Positions 19,872-30,162 are shown, numbered from the stretch's first letter. The stretch: 64,000 nt of DNA from an uncultured Verrucomicrobiae bacterium (GCA_963762565.1 CAVXLD010000008.1:1-64000); one strand, 5' to 3'. The notes: generated by a model not told the origin, from the letters alone. Translations and numbers: made by a program.

Positions 19872-21140
19872 CTAACTATGAGCTAATTCACCATTCTCAG
19901 TGACGAATTGCTCCAATGATCTACCGACAACCTCAAACGGAGGTTGCACCGGAATACGTATGGTAACGGTAGTTCCGCGTCCGACCTCACTGGACACGGC
20001 AAAACTGAATGAATGACCGAACAATCCCTGTAAACGCCGGCGTAACAAGAGCAGGGCGTGGGCTTTTGTTCGTTCTTCAAAGAAAACCTTCTCAACCTGA
20101 TCTGCTGCCACTCCTCTTCCGTCGTCGGTCACAGTCATCTCTAACCATCGCTCTATCTGACGGACCTCGAGTTGCAACCTGCCTGCGCGAGCGGTCGATT
20201 GGATCCCGTGTTGAACCGCATTTTCTACCAATAGTTGGAGGGAGAAGGGGGGTACAACGGCATCGCCGGCTGCTGGATCGATCGATTGTTCCACTATTAA
20301 TCGATTGCCGAATCGCAACTTTTCGATATCGAGGTACGCACGTACGACCGCTAGCTCTTCGGCGATAGGAATGAGCGTCCGGTCCTGTTGTTCGAAACTA
20401 GCGCGCAGAAACTGTCTCAGGCGCCCGGCAGCCGGTGGGACCTCGCGCGGAGCGATAGTGGCCAGCGCGGACAGCGAATTCAAAGCGTTGAAAAGAAAGT
20501 GTGGATTCATCCGCGCCTGAAGAGCACGGACCTCGGCAGACACAGTAGCGCGCATTTGATCGTCGTTTTCCCGTACCCGAGCTAACACGGTGAGCACCAG
20601 CATGGTTCCTAAGCCTTGCAATACGGGTGCAATCAATAAATGTCTGATGGTAACGTGCGTCCCGTGAGAGATGTTGGCGCCGCAATATATCAGGCCGTCG
20701 CGCAGCAAGGTCACCACGAACGTCAGGACAAACCCGGTGGCAGGTTGCGCCGCCAGGGTGGGGCGACGCAGATGCAGCCATCCTCCAATGAGGCCTGCGC
20801 ATAACATCGAAATTCCAATGCTAGGAAATGGGTACCCATCGTAAGCAACAGCTAACCAGGTGATAAATCCGGCGATCGTTATCCCCACTGTGGGTCCCGC
20901 TAAAAGCCCGGCGGCACACACCGCGACGATACGATGATTAAAGGCCGTGTGTCTTACGGTTGCCTCTTCAACCAGCCCGAGGGCCAGGAACACGAGCAAA
21001 GCCGTTCCCCGGTCGCGGAATGATAGCCGCGATCGTTCTGACCTGAAGGCCGGGGCCAAAGTGAGCACAAAGGCCGCGGTCACCAAGACGCAAATCTTGT
21101 TTATCACCATCTGAGTTATCAAAAACGGGGGGTCGCTCAT
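19872..21140 (-). CDS. LytS/YehU-type sensor histidine kinase (paralog 1)
   Basis: 5TM-LYT-like region (AAGLLAGPTVG), LQARMNPHFLFNALN, YLDIEKLRFG, LQLLVENAVQHG, VTDDGRG. Confidence 0.9.
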   Translation of the reverse strand: MSDPPFLITQMVINKICVLVTAAFVLTLAPAFRSERSRLSFRDRGTALLVFLALGLVEEATVRHTAFNHRIVAVCAAGLLAGPTVGITIAGFITWLAVAYDGYPFPSIGISMLCAGLIGGWLHLRRPTLAAQPATGFVLTFVVTLLRDGLIYCGANISHGTHVTIRHLLIAPVLQGLGTMLVLTVLARVRENDDQMRATVSAEVRALQARMNPHFLFNALNSLSALATIAPREVPPAAGRLRQFLRASFEQQDRTLIPIAEELAVVRAYLDIEKLRFGNRLIVEQSIDPAAGDAVVPPFSLQLLVENAVQHGIQSTARAGRLQLEVRQIERWLEMTVTDDGRGVAADQVEKVFFEERTKAHALLLLRRRLQGLFGHSFSFAVSSEVGRGTTVTIRIPVQPPFEVVGRSLEQFVTENGELAHS

Positions 21141-21501
21141 CCGTACAGGGGATTGTAAAGGGGTAGAACCTACTAGACACCGGTTCCGCCTAAAATTGGT
21201 CCTGTTCTGTTTGATCTGCCGGGTTTTGTGTCCGAACAGCCGACCCTCGTCCCGGTACTGCTTGTCGTTCGCTTTAATGAAGATGGACCCATCGCCGGGA
21301 GGGCGCGCTGCCTGTCCGACATAGCCTGATGCATCCAATCGATTTTCTCCCAGCGGGGCGACGTCGGATCCTCGCGCGCCGCCAAGACGTTACAGAACCT
21401 TGAGATGTATTTAACCACTTGATCATTCAACGCCGATAGGTTCCGCACACGATCCGGCAGCTGCCGGACGGGGACGCAATCCCTCCCACGTCAGGGCACA
21501 T

Positions 21502-22755
21502 TTAACGTGGCGCCAGATGATAATAGTCTGCCAACGATTCCCCTGCCGATTTTAGCGAAATCCCAAGTCCTTTTTGCAGGGGAATGCGCATCGTTACCGT
21601 GGTGCCTTGCTCAAGTTCACTCTGTACATCCAAACGGAACGAGTCTCTGTACAGGCTTTCTAACCGGCGGCGCAGCAATGCCAGCGCATGGATTTCGGAA
21701 CCATCGCCGAAAAAGATCTTTTTCACCTCAGCCGAGGGCACTCCTCGTCCGTTGTCGCTGACGCTGACGTCCAGCCACTTTTCCCTTGTGCTGATGGCCA
21801 GACGCAGGCGACCGGCCCGGGGCTTGGAACGAACCCCGTGTTGGATGGCGTTCTCCACTATAGGCTGTAGTGAGAAAGGAGGTATCAGGGCGTCCGATAC
21901 ACACGGCTGGATCGCTCTTTCCAACTCTATTCGGCTACCTAGCCGGAGCGCTTCAATGTCGAGATAGGCGTATACCACAGCCAGCTCTTCTTCCAGAGGT
22001 ACGAAAGCTTGTTCCGGGTGATCAAAACTCGCGCGCAGAAATTTGCGTAATCTGCCGACTACATGTGGCACCTCCCTTGGGGACACGGTTGCCAGCGCGG
22101 ATACGGCGTTCAGAGCATTGAATAAAAAATGCGGCTTCATGCGCGCCTGCATAGCGCGCACTTCGGCAGAAGCCGCTGCTCGCGCCTGGTCATCTCGCTG
22201 GCGAGCTTGCGCCACAATGGCCAGGATCAACGCGGTTCCTAGTCCCTGGATTACCGGAGCGCCTCCGAGTTGGTGCCAAGCCTGTGCGGCCGAGGCGGTG
22301 CGAGGAGCGAAGATCAAAAGCAATCCGGTGCGTAACGACGACACAGCCAGCGCCAGAAGAAATCCGCTCCAGGGATTTTGGGCTAGCCGGGGGCGCCATT
22401 TTTGAAGCAAACCGCCGGCTAACCCACCGCATAACATGGAAACGCCAATCGACCAAAACGGCATTCCGTCAAAAGCAACCGCCAGCCAAGTCACCACCCC
22501 GCCAACGATCAGCCCCACCAAAGGACCAGCAACGAGACCGGCCGCACAATCCGCGACGATTCGCTGGTTAAACCAGCCTGTTTGCCGGACGACGGCCTCT
22601 TCCAGAAAGCCGAGCAGCAGGAATACCAGTAGCGCGGTTCCCCGATCTCGTACCGAGAGAAGAGAACGGTTGGGGCGCCTGAAGCCAGGCACAAGCGTAA
22701 GCAAGAAGGCAGCGGTTACTAATACACAGACCTTGCTCAGAATTATCTCTTCCAT
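21502..22755 (-). CDS. LytS/YehU-type sensor histidine kinase (paralog 2)
   Basis: AAGLVAGPLVG, MQARMKPHFLFNALN, LQPIVENAIQHG, VSDNGRG; colinear with paralog 1. Confidence 0.9.
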   Translation of the reverse strand: MEEIILSKVCVLVTAAFLLTLVPGFRRPNRSLLSVRDRGTALLVFLLLGFLEEAVVRQTGWFNQRIVADCAAGLVAGPLVGLIVGGVVTWLAVAFDGMPFWSIGVSMLCGGLAGGLLQKWRPRLAQNPWSGFLLALAVSSLRTGLLLIFAPRTASAAQAWHQLGGAPVIQGLGTALILAIVAQARQRDDQARAAASAEVRAMQARMKPHFLFNALNAVSALATVSPREVPHVVGRLRKFLRASFDHPEQAFVPLEEELAVVYAYLDIEALRLGSRIELERAIQPCVSDALIPPFSLQPIVENAIQHGVRSKPRAGRLRLAISTREKWLDVSVSDNGRGVPSAEVKKIFFGDGSEIHALALLRRRLESLYRDSFRLDVQSELEQGTTVTMRIPLQKGLGISLKSAGESLADYYHLAPR

Positions 22756-23137
22756 GAAAACGACCCCTTCAAAGAATTACATCGCGAAAGCCTCAAAATC
22801 GTCTACTGCGGAAAACTGCGGTTCCTCCCTGCCCCGCCACGAGGCGGGGCACTAATTAAATCAAATTTAATGAATAATCAAGTTTGACCGATCAGTCGGT
22901 CGTTATGGCGGAGCGTCCCGGAGGGACTGGACGATAGTAGCCTGGCAGTTTACTGCCAGGAACAGCGCCAGAGGAGATCCGTCCGGTAAGGGTACGGTGT
23001 GATTTGGTCGTTACGGCGGGGTTTCCACTCTTTGGAGTTGAATTAGTCCCGTGATAAAAAATCACAAATCATTCTTCTGAGACACACCCCGACGGCGCGC
23101 ATGTTTCCAGGGAATCCTGTGGCGGGATGCGGGTTCC

Positions 23138-23256
23138 GGGAGGGCGCGCGTCCCCGCGCGCCGCGAACAGGTCTGCGTCGTGGAGCTACCTGATCGTGGG
23201 GCCTGGTCTTGTCCTGGGCTTCGCTAACGACGGATTGCGAGGACGCGATCCCTCCC
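23138..23256. repeat. REP-like family B (GGGAGGGCGCGCGTCCCCGCGCGCCG ... GAGGACGCGATCCCTCCC)
   Basis: Copies at 33014-33135 and 58022-58139; degenerate copy at ~21355-21487. Confidence 0.85.
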
Positions 23257-23347
23257 GATGAGGGCGAGGACGAGAACGAGGCCGTTTGTTAAAATATCAC
23301 ATATATCCTGTTGATCTTGTTATTAAATCACAGTAACCAATCAGGCC

Positions 23348-24169
23348 TTGTCTTCTCCTAAACGCCTGGAAAGCCGATCCTCGTTGATCCTTGACCTGGT
23401 CGATCGCCAAGGAAGTGCCACCTACACTGCCCTGGCTGAGGTGCTGCAAGTCTCCACCATGACGGTTCGGCGAGATTGCGATGAATTGGTGCGCCTGGGC
23501 AGGGTCATTAAGACCGTTGGCGGGATACAACAGGCAAGCGCCGCGCCTTACCTTTACGAGAACAGCGTTAAAGAACGAATCGCCAGTAATCAATTCGCAA
23601 AACGAGCGATTGCCGGCAAGGCGCTCGATCTGATCAAAGACCGGCAAACGATCTATATAGATGGTGGCACCACCAGTCTCGCCCTGGCAAAGCTCATCGC
23701 CGTTCAAAAAACCGGCCTCACCATCCTCACGAATTCGGCGTTAACCTGTTTGGAACTCAGCAAGGGTGGCAACACCATCATTGGGATCGGTGGAGAATAC
23801 GATCCGGTCACTCTTTCGTTCGCGGGGCCGCAGGCGGATGAAATGGCAAAATCTTTTCTCATCGATCAAGCGTTTCTCAGCACAAAGGGATTTCTGCCGG
23901 AGGATGGTACCTACGAGTCCGCGGTTGCGACCTCCCGGGTTAAACAGATCATGGCCGGGCGGGCCGCCCAGACAGTTTTGCTGGTTGATCATACAAAGTT
24001 CGGGGTTCGTGCACTTAGTAAAGTGCTCGATGTTTCGCAAATTCATCATGTCGTAACCGATGAATGGGTGCAGAAATCTGATCTGGCGGCGTTACGGCGA
24101 GCAGGAATAACGGCTCACGTCGCAGCGGTCACCAATTTGGAGGTGGATTATGTCGCTTTGGCCCATTAG
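23348..24169 (+). CDS. DeoR/GlpR family transcriptional regulator
   Basis: LQVSTMTVRRD HTH, IYIDGGTT, LTNS, LLVDHTKF; start codon uncertain. Confidence 0.92.
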   Translation: MSSPKRLESRSSLILDLVDRQGSATYTALAEVLQVSTMTVRRDCDELVRLGRVIKTVGGIQQASAAPYLYENSVKERIASNQFAKRAIAGKALDLIKDRQTIYIDGGTTSLALAKLIAVQKTGLTILTNSALTCLELSKGGNTIIGIGGEYDPVTLSFAGPQADEMAKSFLIDQAFLSTKGFLPEDGTYESAVATSRVKQIMAGRAAQTVLLVDHTKFGVRALSKVLDVSQIHHVVTDEWVQKSDLAALRRAGITAHVAAVTNLEVDYVALAH

Positions 24170-25037
24170 CGAGCTGATCCAGTCCGCGCGCAAACAACGA
24201 TACGCGCTGGGATATTTCGAGAGCTGGAACCTGGAATCGTTCCAGGGTGTGCTCGATGCCGCCGAAATGACTAGCTCTCCGGTCATCATCGGATTCAACG
24301 GTGATTTTTTGAGCCGTCCCGGCCGCAAATTAGGTGAGCGAATCCGCTGTTATGCGGAGCTAGGAAAAGCCGGAGCCGCTGACGCTTCGGTTCCGTGTGG
24401 ACTTATCTTTAACGAATGTCCCAATGACGACTGGATACGGAATGCCGTCCTGGCCGGATTCAATCTGGTCATGCCGGCAGATCCGCACGCTTCTTATGAA
24501 GACTACCGGGTTAGAGTCACGGCGCTAACTGAGTTTGCCCATCTGCACGGCGCGGCGGTAGAAGCTGAGGTCGGGCGGTTGCCGGTTGGGCAATCCGGAC
24601 TCAGGAACGGAAACTCCTTAACCGACCCCGAGTTGGCCGCTCGTTTTGTTCACGATACCCAGATCGATCTTTTGGCGGTCAGCGTGGGCAATGTTCACGT
24701 GCTCACCAAGGGTGAACAAGACCTGGATCTTAAACGGTTGTCCCAGATCAGTGAACGCGTTAACACACCGTTAGTCTTGCATGGTGGCACCGGCATCACG
24801 GCGAGCTCAATTCGCGAGTCGATCAGGCTAGGTGTAACCAAGGTCAACTACGGTACCTACTTGAAGCAACGGTATCTTACCGCCCTGCGTTCAAGTATGG
24901 CCGCAGGGGTAGACAACCCGCACGAACTCTTCGGCATGGGGGATGAACACGACGTGATGATTGCGGGCCGATTGGCCGTGCGTGACGCCGTGCTGGAACG
25001 TATCGAATTACTCGGTTGCTGTGGAAAGGCGAATTAG
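24150..25037 (+). CDS. Class II fructose/tagatose-bisphosphate aldolase family protein (atypical metal site)
   Basis: AVEAEVG, LTDPELA, LAVSVGNVH, PLVLHGGTG, KVNYGT. Confidence 0.85.
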   Translation: MSLWPISELIQSARKQRYALGYFESWNLESFQGVLDAAEMTSSPVIIGFNGDFLSRPGRKLGERIRCYAELGKAGAADASVPCGLIFNECPNDDWIRNAVLAGFNLVMPADPHASYEDYRVRVTALTEFAHLHGAAVEAEVGRLPVGQSGLRNGNSLTDPELAARFVHDTQIDLLAVSVGNVHVLTKGEQDLDLKRLSQISERVNTPLVLHGGTGITASSIRESIRLGVTKVNYGTYLKQRYLTALRSSMAAGVDNPHELFGMGDEHDVMIAGRLAVRDAVLERIELLGCCGKAN

Positions 25038-25041
25038 CTTT

Positions 25042-26019
25042 ATGAAAAGGATTGGTTGCGGAGGCATTCTGGTAAAAGACACGTTTTGTGGTCCGCTAAC
25101 GGCGTTACCACGTCCAGGAGAACTAGTCGCGGTCGACGCGATCAGAACAAAGGCCGGAGGATGCGCCGCTAATGTCGCCATCGATCTATGTAAACAAAAC
25201 CTATCGGTTGATCTGGTGGGGTGTCTGGGCCGAGATGCCGCCGGAGAGGCTCTGGTAAAAGCTCTCCAGGCGGGCGGTGTAAATTGCGATCTGCTTTACT
25301 ACACGGCGGACTATCCAACTAGTGAAACGGTTATCTTGTTAGTCGAGGGAGAAGATCGACGCTACATTCACACCTTTGGCGCCAACCGGGAATTCTCTGT
25401 CTATCATATCGATGGCGATTGGCTGGCCGGGCTCGATTTGTTTTATCTGGGAGGCCTGTTTGCTATGCCCGCCATTGAGCCGGACGAATTGCTGACGCTT
25501 TTGCAGTTCTGCCGAGAGCACGGTGTGGCCACGATAGTAGACGTCGTTTTGCCAACAGATTTCTCCGGCGCCGATGAGATTCAAAAGCTGTTGCCCTACA
25601 TTGACTGGTTTTTGCCGAATGATACCGAGGCGGCGACTTTGACGGGCCGGAGCGATCCTTGGGAGGCGGCACAGGTATTTCGAAGTTGGGGTGCTCAAGG
25701 TCTAGTCATAACGCTCGGTGACCAGGGAGCGCTCGGAGTTAGCGGAGATGAGTGTTGGCATTGCGGCGCCTACCCCTGGGAGACCGTTGATCCATCTGGG
25801 GCCGGTGATGCCTTTGCCAGCGGCTTAATCACCGGACTCGTCCGGGATTGGGATTTCCCCAAGAGTCTCATGTACGCCAGCGCTTTGGGCGCCTCGGCCA
25901 CCCGCGCCGTTGGCACTACCGATGGCGTGCTGACCGCGGCGGAAGCGGTTCGTCTGATTGCCGAACAACCGATCCCGATCCATGGCGGCGAACATCTGGT
26001 AAAGACGACTGCCGAATGA
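25042..26019 (+). CDS. PfkB family carbohydrate kinase
   Basis: GGCAANVA, PNDTEA, VITLGDQG, DPSGAGDAF. Confidence 0.92.
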   Translation: MKRIGCGGILVKDTFCGPLTALPRPGELVAVDAIRTKAGGCAANVAIDLCKQNLSVDLVGCLGRDAAGEALVKALQAGGVNCDLLYYTADYPTSETVILLVEGEDRRYIHTFGANREFSVYHIDGDWLAGLDLFYLGGLFAMPAIEPDELLTLLQFCREHGVATIVDVVLPTDFSGADEIQKLLPYIDWFLPNDTEAATLTGRSDPWEAAQVFRSWGAQGLVITLGDQGALGVSGDECWHCGAYPWETVDPSGAGDAFASGLITGLVRDWDFPKSLMYASALGASATRAVGTTDGVLTAAEAVRLIAEQPIPIHGGEHLVKTTAE

Positions 26020-27251
26020 ATCTTAGAATGCCGGATCTGTCCACGACCGGCTCACCCATCAAGGTCGTTCGTTGGTTGGTTTCCGTGGGCGACTTCGTTG
26101 AGCGCGGTCAAGCAGTCCTTGAAGTTGAGACGGACAAAGCCACCATGGAAGTCGAAGCACTGAACTCCGGCAACCTGCTCCAACAGGTGGTTCCAGTGGG
26201 CGATGAAGCCTGTGCCGGCGAAGTGCTTGCCGTTATCGGTGATCCAGCCGAGGCCGGCCATCCCGTGGAGCGTGCCTCGCTTGCGAAGCCGGTACCTAAC
26301 CGTGATTTCTTGCTCAGCCTCTTCGAACGGATGCTCTTGATCCGGATGTTCGAAGATCGAGTTAAACAGCTTTTTCTTGAAGGCACTATGCCCGGCACGA
26401 TTCACCAGTGTCAGGGGCAAGAGGCTACCGCAGTGGGGGTTTGTGCGGCGCTTAATGCTAACGACTTTATTACTTCCACCTTTCGCGGACACGGCCACGC
26501 TTTAGCCAAGGGATTGTCGGTTCAAGAAATGTTAGACGAACTCTTCGGCGCCGCCACTGGCTGTTGCCACGGGAAAGGAGGCTCGATGCACATGGGCAAC
26601 TTCGCCAAAGGTATGATTCCTGGAATTGCCATTGTGGCTGGCGGGATTCCAGTTGCCACTGGTATCGCCCTGGCTTTTAAGCTGCAGAAAACGCAACAGA
26701 TGGTTGCCTGTTTCTTCGGTGACGGTGCTGTAGCCGAGGGGGCTTTTCACGAGGGTCTCAATATGGCGGCGCTTTGGAATTTGCCGGTCTTGTTTGTTTG
26801 CGAGAACAACCTCTATGGCGCTTCTACTCGCATCGATCAGGTCATGAGGAATACCAGAATTTCAGATCGAGCTGCCGGTTACGGCTTCCGCGGTGAGACC
26901 GTCGACGGTAATGATGTGCTGGCGGTTTATGAAGCGGCTTCCCGAGCAGTTGAGGAATGTCGCACCGATCTAGGGCCCGTTTTGCTTGAGCTATTAACCT
27001 ATCGACGCACCGGCCATTCGCGTCGCGATCCCTGTTATTATCAGCCCAAAGAAGAACGCCTGGCCTGGTCCGTCAATGATCCCATAATCCGCTTTGCAGA
27101 GGTGTTGTTAGCGAACGGTAACGCGAATCAGGCCGATCTTGATCGCCTCCAGGAAAGGATTGCCGGCGAGATTGAAGCCGCCGTTGAGCAAGCCGAGATC
27201 GCTCCTCAACCCGCCCTGAGTGATTTGCTGACTGACGTGTATGCTAGCTAA
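26016..27251 (+). CDS. Lipoyl domain fused to TPP-dependent dehydrogenase E1 alpha (AcoA/PdhA-like)
   Basis: ATGA overlap with pfkB; EVETDKATMEV lipoyl motif; GQEA, GKGGSMH, GDGA...ENN TPP motif, GHS. Confidence 0.9.
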   Translation: MNLRMPDLSTTGSPIKVVRWLVSVGDFVERGQAVLEVETDKATMEVEALNSGNLLQQVVPVGDEACAGEVLAVIGDPAEAGHPVERASLAKPVPNRDFLLSLFERMLLIRMFEDRVKQLFLEGTMPGTIHQCQGQEATAVGVCAALNANDFITSTFRGHGHALAKGLSVQEMLDELFGAATGCCHGKGGSMHMGNFAKGMIPGIAIVAGGIPVATGIALAFKLQKTQQMVACFFGDGAVAEGAFHEGLNMAALWNLPVLFVCENNLYGASTRIDQVMRNTRISDRAAGYGFRGETVDGNDVLAVYEAASRAVEECRTDLGPVLLELLTYRRTGHSRRDPCYYQPKEERLAWSVNDPIIRFAEVLLANGNANQADLDRLQERIAGEIEAAVEQAEIAPQPALSDLLTDVYAS

Positions 27252-27584
27252 GGCCGTCTCGTTCTCGTCGAAGAGACGTGCCGTCGGGTGCCATGTTGAC
27301 CCTTCGAGCGGGACCGCAAAGCCCCTAGCTGGAGGGGAGCCGCTTAGTAAGATGGCAGCTCTATCTGTTTGCAGCAGGCGGCTCCCGGGAATAACTCAGC
27401 GTACCGTTTGTGCCCAAGGCCGTCGACCCAATGATCCGGACACGCCCAAATCGCTGCAAAACCTGGAGCCGTTTCTCTTTGTAGGACCGCGACCCGCGAT
27501 CGAGAGTCCGATTCCGACGAACAACACAACCCCGGAACCACGACTCCACTACTCCAACACTCCATCACTCCGCTCGCCCGGATT

Positions 27585-27712
27585 CGAGGACAGCCTGTCC
27601 GACGAAGCCCAAGCTCTATGTTGCCGACCGCTCAAGTCGGCCTCGCAAGCGAGGCACGCTCCACAACCGGGACGCTGGCGAAGTTGGAAGGACGACGACG
27701 AGGACGAGAACG
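27585..27712. repeat. Composite ~130-bp repeat (GAGGACGACGACGAGGAC arm with embedded family A palindrome)
   Basis: Near-identical copy at ~30780-30906. Confidence 0.8.
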
Positions 27713-27737
27713 AAGCGTCCAGTAGGGAAAACCGCCC

Positions 27738-28754
27738 ATGAAACGCCAAGGGATTGCCGAAGCTCTGCGTGACGCCATTGCCGAAGAGATGGAGCGGGAT
27801 GAGACCGTCTTCTGTATTGGCGAGGATATCGCCGTCCCGGGTGGCTGGGGCGGCGCATTCACGGTGACACTTGGCCTCGAAAAGAGATTTCCTGATCGGA
27901 TGATCAACACGCCGATCGCCGAGCTCGGATTCTTCGGAATCGCCGTCGGCGCCGCCATGATGGGAATGAGACCCATTGCCGACGTTCAGTACGGCGATTT
28001 CCTTTTCTTGGCCAGCGATCAGATCATCAATAACGCCGCGAAAATGCGGTACATGTCGGGTGGTGCTTGCCAGGTACCGCTAGTGATGCGGGCCCCAGTT
28101 GGTGTTACCGGTCGCGGTTCCCAGCATGCTCAAAACATGGAACGCTATTTCACCGGGGTTCCTGGTTTGAAAGTTGTGGCGGTTTCGAATGCTTACGATG
28201 CCAAGGGGATATTGAAATCGGCAGTCCGCGACAATGACCCGGTCCTGATCTTCGAACATAAACTGCTCTACGGCTCAAAAGGCGCGCGCACGGAATCGGG
28301 TGCCGTCGATGCCACCAGCGAAATTCCGGACCACGACTATTTGGTGCCGCTTGATCAAGCCGCGGTGCGCCGAAGCGGATCGCAGGTCACGGTTTTGTCA
28401 TGGTTGTTGATGCTGCATTACAGTCTGGCTGCGGCTCAACAGCTTGCCGGCGAAGGTGTGGACGTTGAGGTGATCGATTTACGAAGTCTGGCGCCGATCG
28501 ATTTTCAGACGATTGGCGATTCGGTCCGAAAAACGGGTCGGGTTGTGATCGTGGAAGAAGGTCCCAAGACTGGCGGCGTCAGCGCAGAAATTGCCGCCGG
28601 TATTCAGGAACGATTCAGCGCCCATCTCAAAGCCCCGGTTGTCAGAATCGCTTCCCCCGATGTACCGGTTCCGTTCTCACCGATCCTTGAGAACGCCTAT
28701 CGCCCCAGCGCCGCGCGGATCATCGAGGCCACGCGGGAGGTGGCGCGAAAGTGA
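27738..28754 (+). CDS. Alpha-ketoacid/acetoin dehydrogenase E1 beta subunit
   Basis: IGEDI, NTPIAE, GSQHAQ, FEHKLLY, EVIDLRSLAP, VRKTGR. Confidence 0.92.
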   Translation: MKRQGIAEALRDAIAEEMERDETVFCIGEDIAVPGGWGGAFTVTLGLEKRFPDRMINTPIAELGFFGIAVGAAMMGMRPIADVQYGDFLFLASDQIINNAAKMRYMSGGACQVPLVMRAPVGVTGRGSQHAQNMERYFTGVPGLKVVAVSNAYDAKGILKSAVRDNDPVLIFEHKLLYGSKGARTESGAVDATSEIPDHDYLVPLDQAAVRRSGSQVTVLSWLLMLHYSLAAAQQLAGEGVDVEVIDLRSLAPIDFQTIGDSVRKTGRVVIVEEGPKTGGVSAEIAAGIQERFSAHLKAPVVRIASPDVPVPFSPILENAYRPSAARIIEATREVARK

Positions 28755-28843
28755 GAAATGAGCAGTGAGCGGTAAGCAGTAAGCAGTACTGATGTCTTGA
28801 GAACGCGGCTTTGCCGGCGTCTGAACTGATTACTGCTGACTGC

Positions 28844-30043
28844 TTACTTTCGTGCCACCTCGACGAATGACGTAAGGCCTTTAACTTCTCCGCGCCCCAA
28901 GAGGAGCACCAACGGCAGCATCAAGAGCGGCGCCAGTGCCGATACCGCTAACCCCCAATGCAGGTTAACCAGATCACCGATCCAGCCAACGATCCAAGGC
29001 ATCAAGATGCCGCCCGCGTTCCCCATCGCTGCTAACGCAGCAAACATCGTTGCGCCACCGGCGGGATAGCGATCGGCGGAAACGGCTAGAACCGTGGGCC
29101 AGAGCGCGCTGCCGGTGAATCCGACGACGATACAAGCGGTTAACGCCCAACCTGATACCGGCAAGAATGAACCCAGCATAAAGAGCACCACTGATGAGCC
29201 GCAGCCCCAGGCCAGCACCACGAAAGGATTCACCCACGTGCCGATGGAAGCCACCACCATCCGGCCGGCCGCCATCAAGACCGAGAAGAGCAGCAGAGCA
29301 GCTCCGCCAATCCATTTGGGAAAGCCTAACGACGTTTCAGCATAAGCAGGTAACCATTGGGCCATTCCGAGTTCGGTGGCGCCGCCCAAGAAAATGGCCA
29401 ATAAACAACCCCAGAGCCAGGGTTCTTTCAGTAGCTGAGTCAGCGGCGACCTACCGGTCTCTTCGGACTCATGCACCAGCTCCGGAAAGTGTAAGAACCC
29501 GAAAGCGATGAGCAAGGCGACCGGAAGCGGTAGTAGCAAGAGAGCGGCTTGCCTCCATCCCAAGCCGAGTTGCAGTGCCACGGTGCTCGCCAGAATCGTT
29601 ACCACTGCGCCAACGCAATAGAAGGAATGCAGCCAATTCATGGCCGCCGATCTTCGTTCTGGATTAAGCACGGAGACGACAGGGTTAAGAACCATGTCGA
29701 GAATGCCCGCGCCGCAACCGAGCCAGAACACGGCGATACTCAACGTCCAATAGTCCGGTGCGATCGACATGCCGACGAGACTTGCCACCGTGACCGCGTT
29801 ACCGGCCATAGCAAACAGCTTTGCGCCCCATCGATCCGCCAACGGTCCGGCCAGTAAAATACCAAACACCAGGCCGGCGAACGAAAACGCCCCCAGCCGC
29901 CCCAGCTGCTCTTCGCTCAGACCATTCGCACCTCCAAAGCTAGCGCTGAAGCTGGTCAAAAAGACCGGCAAAAGATTGATACCGATAGCCAAGCTCATCA
30001 TCGCGCCGTAACAGAGGATGGTCAGGAGGCGGGGACGGAGCAT
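28844..30043 (-). CDS. MFS transporter (sugar permease-like)
   Basis: About 12 TM segments, GPLADRWG, NWLHSFYCVG. Confidence 0.85.
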   Translation of the reverse strand: MLRPRLLTILCYGAMMSLAIGINLLPVFLTSFSASFGGANGLSEEQLGRLGAFSFAGLVFGILLAGPLADRWGAKLFAMAGNAVTVASLVGMSIAPDYWTLSIAVFWLGCGAGILDMVLNPVVSVLNPERRSAAMNWLHSFYCVGAVVTILASTVALQLGLGWRQAALLLLPLPVALLIAFGFLHFPELVHESEETGRSPLTQLLKEPWLWGCLLAIFLGGATELGMAQWLPAYAETSLGFPKWIGGAALLLFSVLMAAGRMVVASIGTWVNPFVVLAWGCGSSVVLFMLGSFLPVSGWALTACIVVGFTGSALWPTVLAVSADRYPAGGATMFAALAAMGNAGGILMPWIVGWIGDLVNLHWGLAVSALAPLLMLPLVLLLGRGEVKGLTSFVEVARK

Positions 30044-30162
30044 GGGGAGGGGAGAGGAGGTCAAAGGGTGATTGGTGATTGGTGATTGGTGGGGCGAGGC
30101 TCGTGCCCTACCAATCACTTCTCACTTCTCACCTCTCACGTCTCACATTAAAGTCGCTACAA

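Noticed and set aside
27241..27741. 166-aa ORF between E1alpha and E1beta
   Set aside because: The translation is largely made of repeat-derived sequence (family A palindrome, DDDEDENE arm, 8-bp tandem); treated as a repeat-filled spacer
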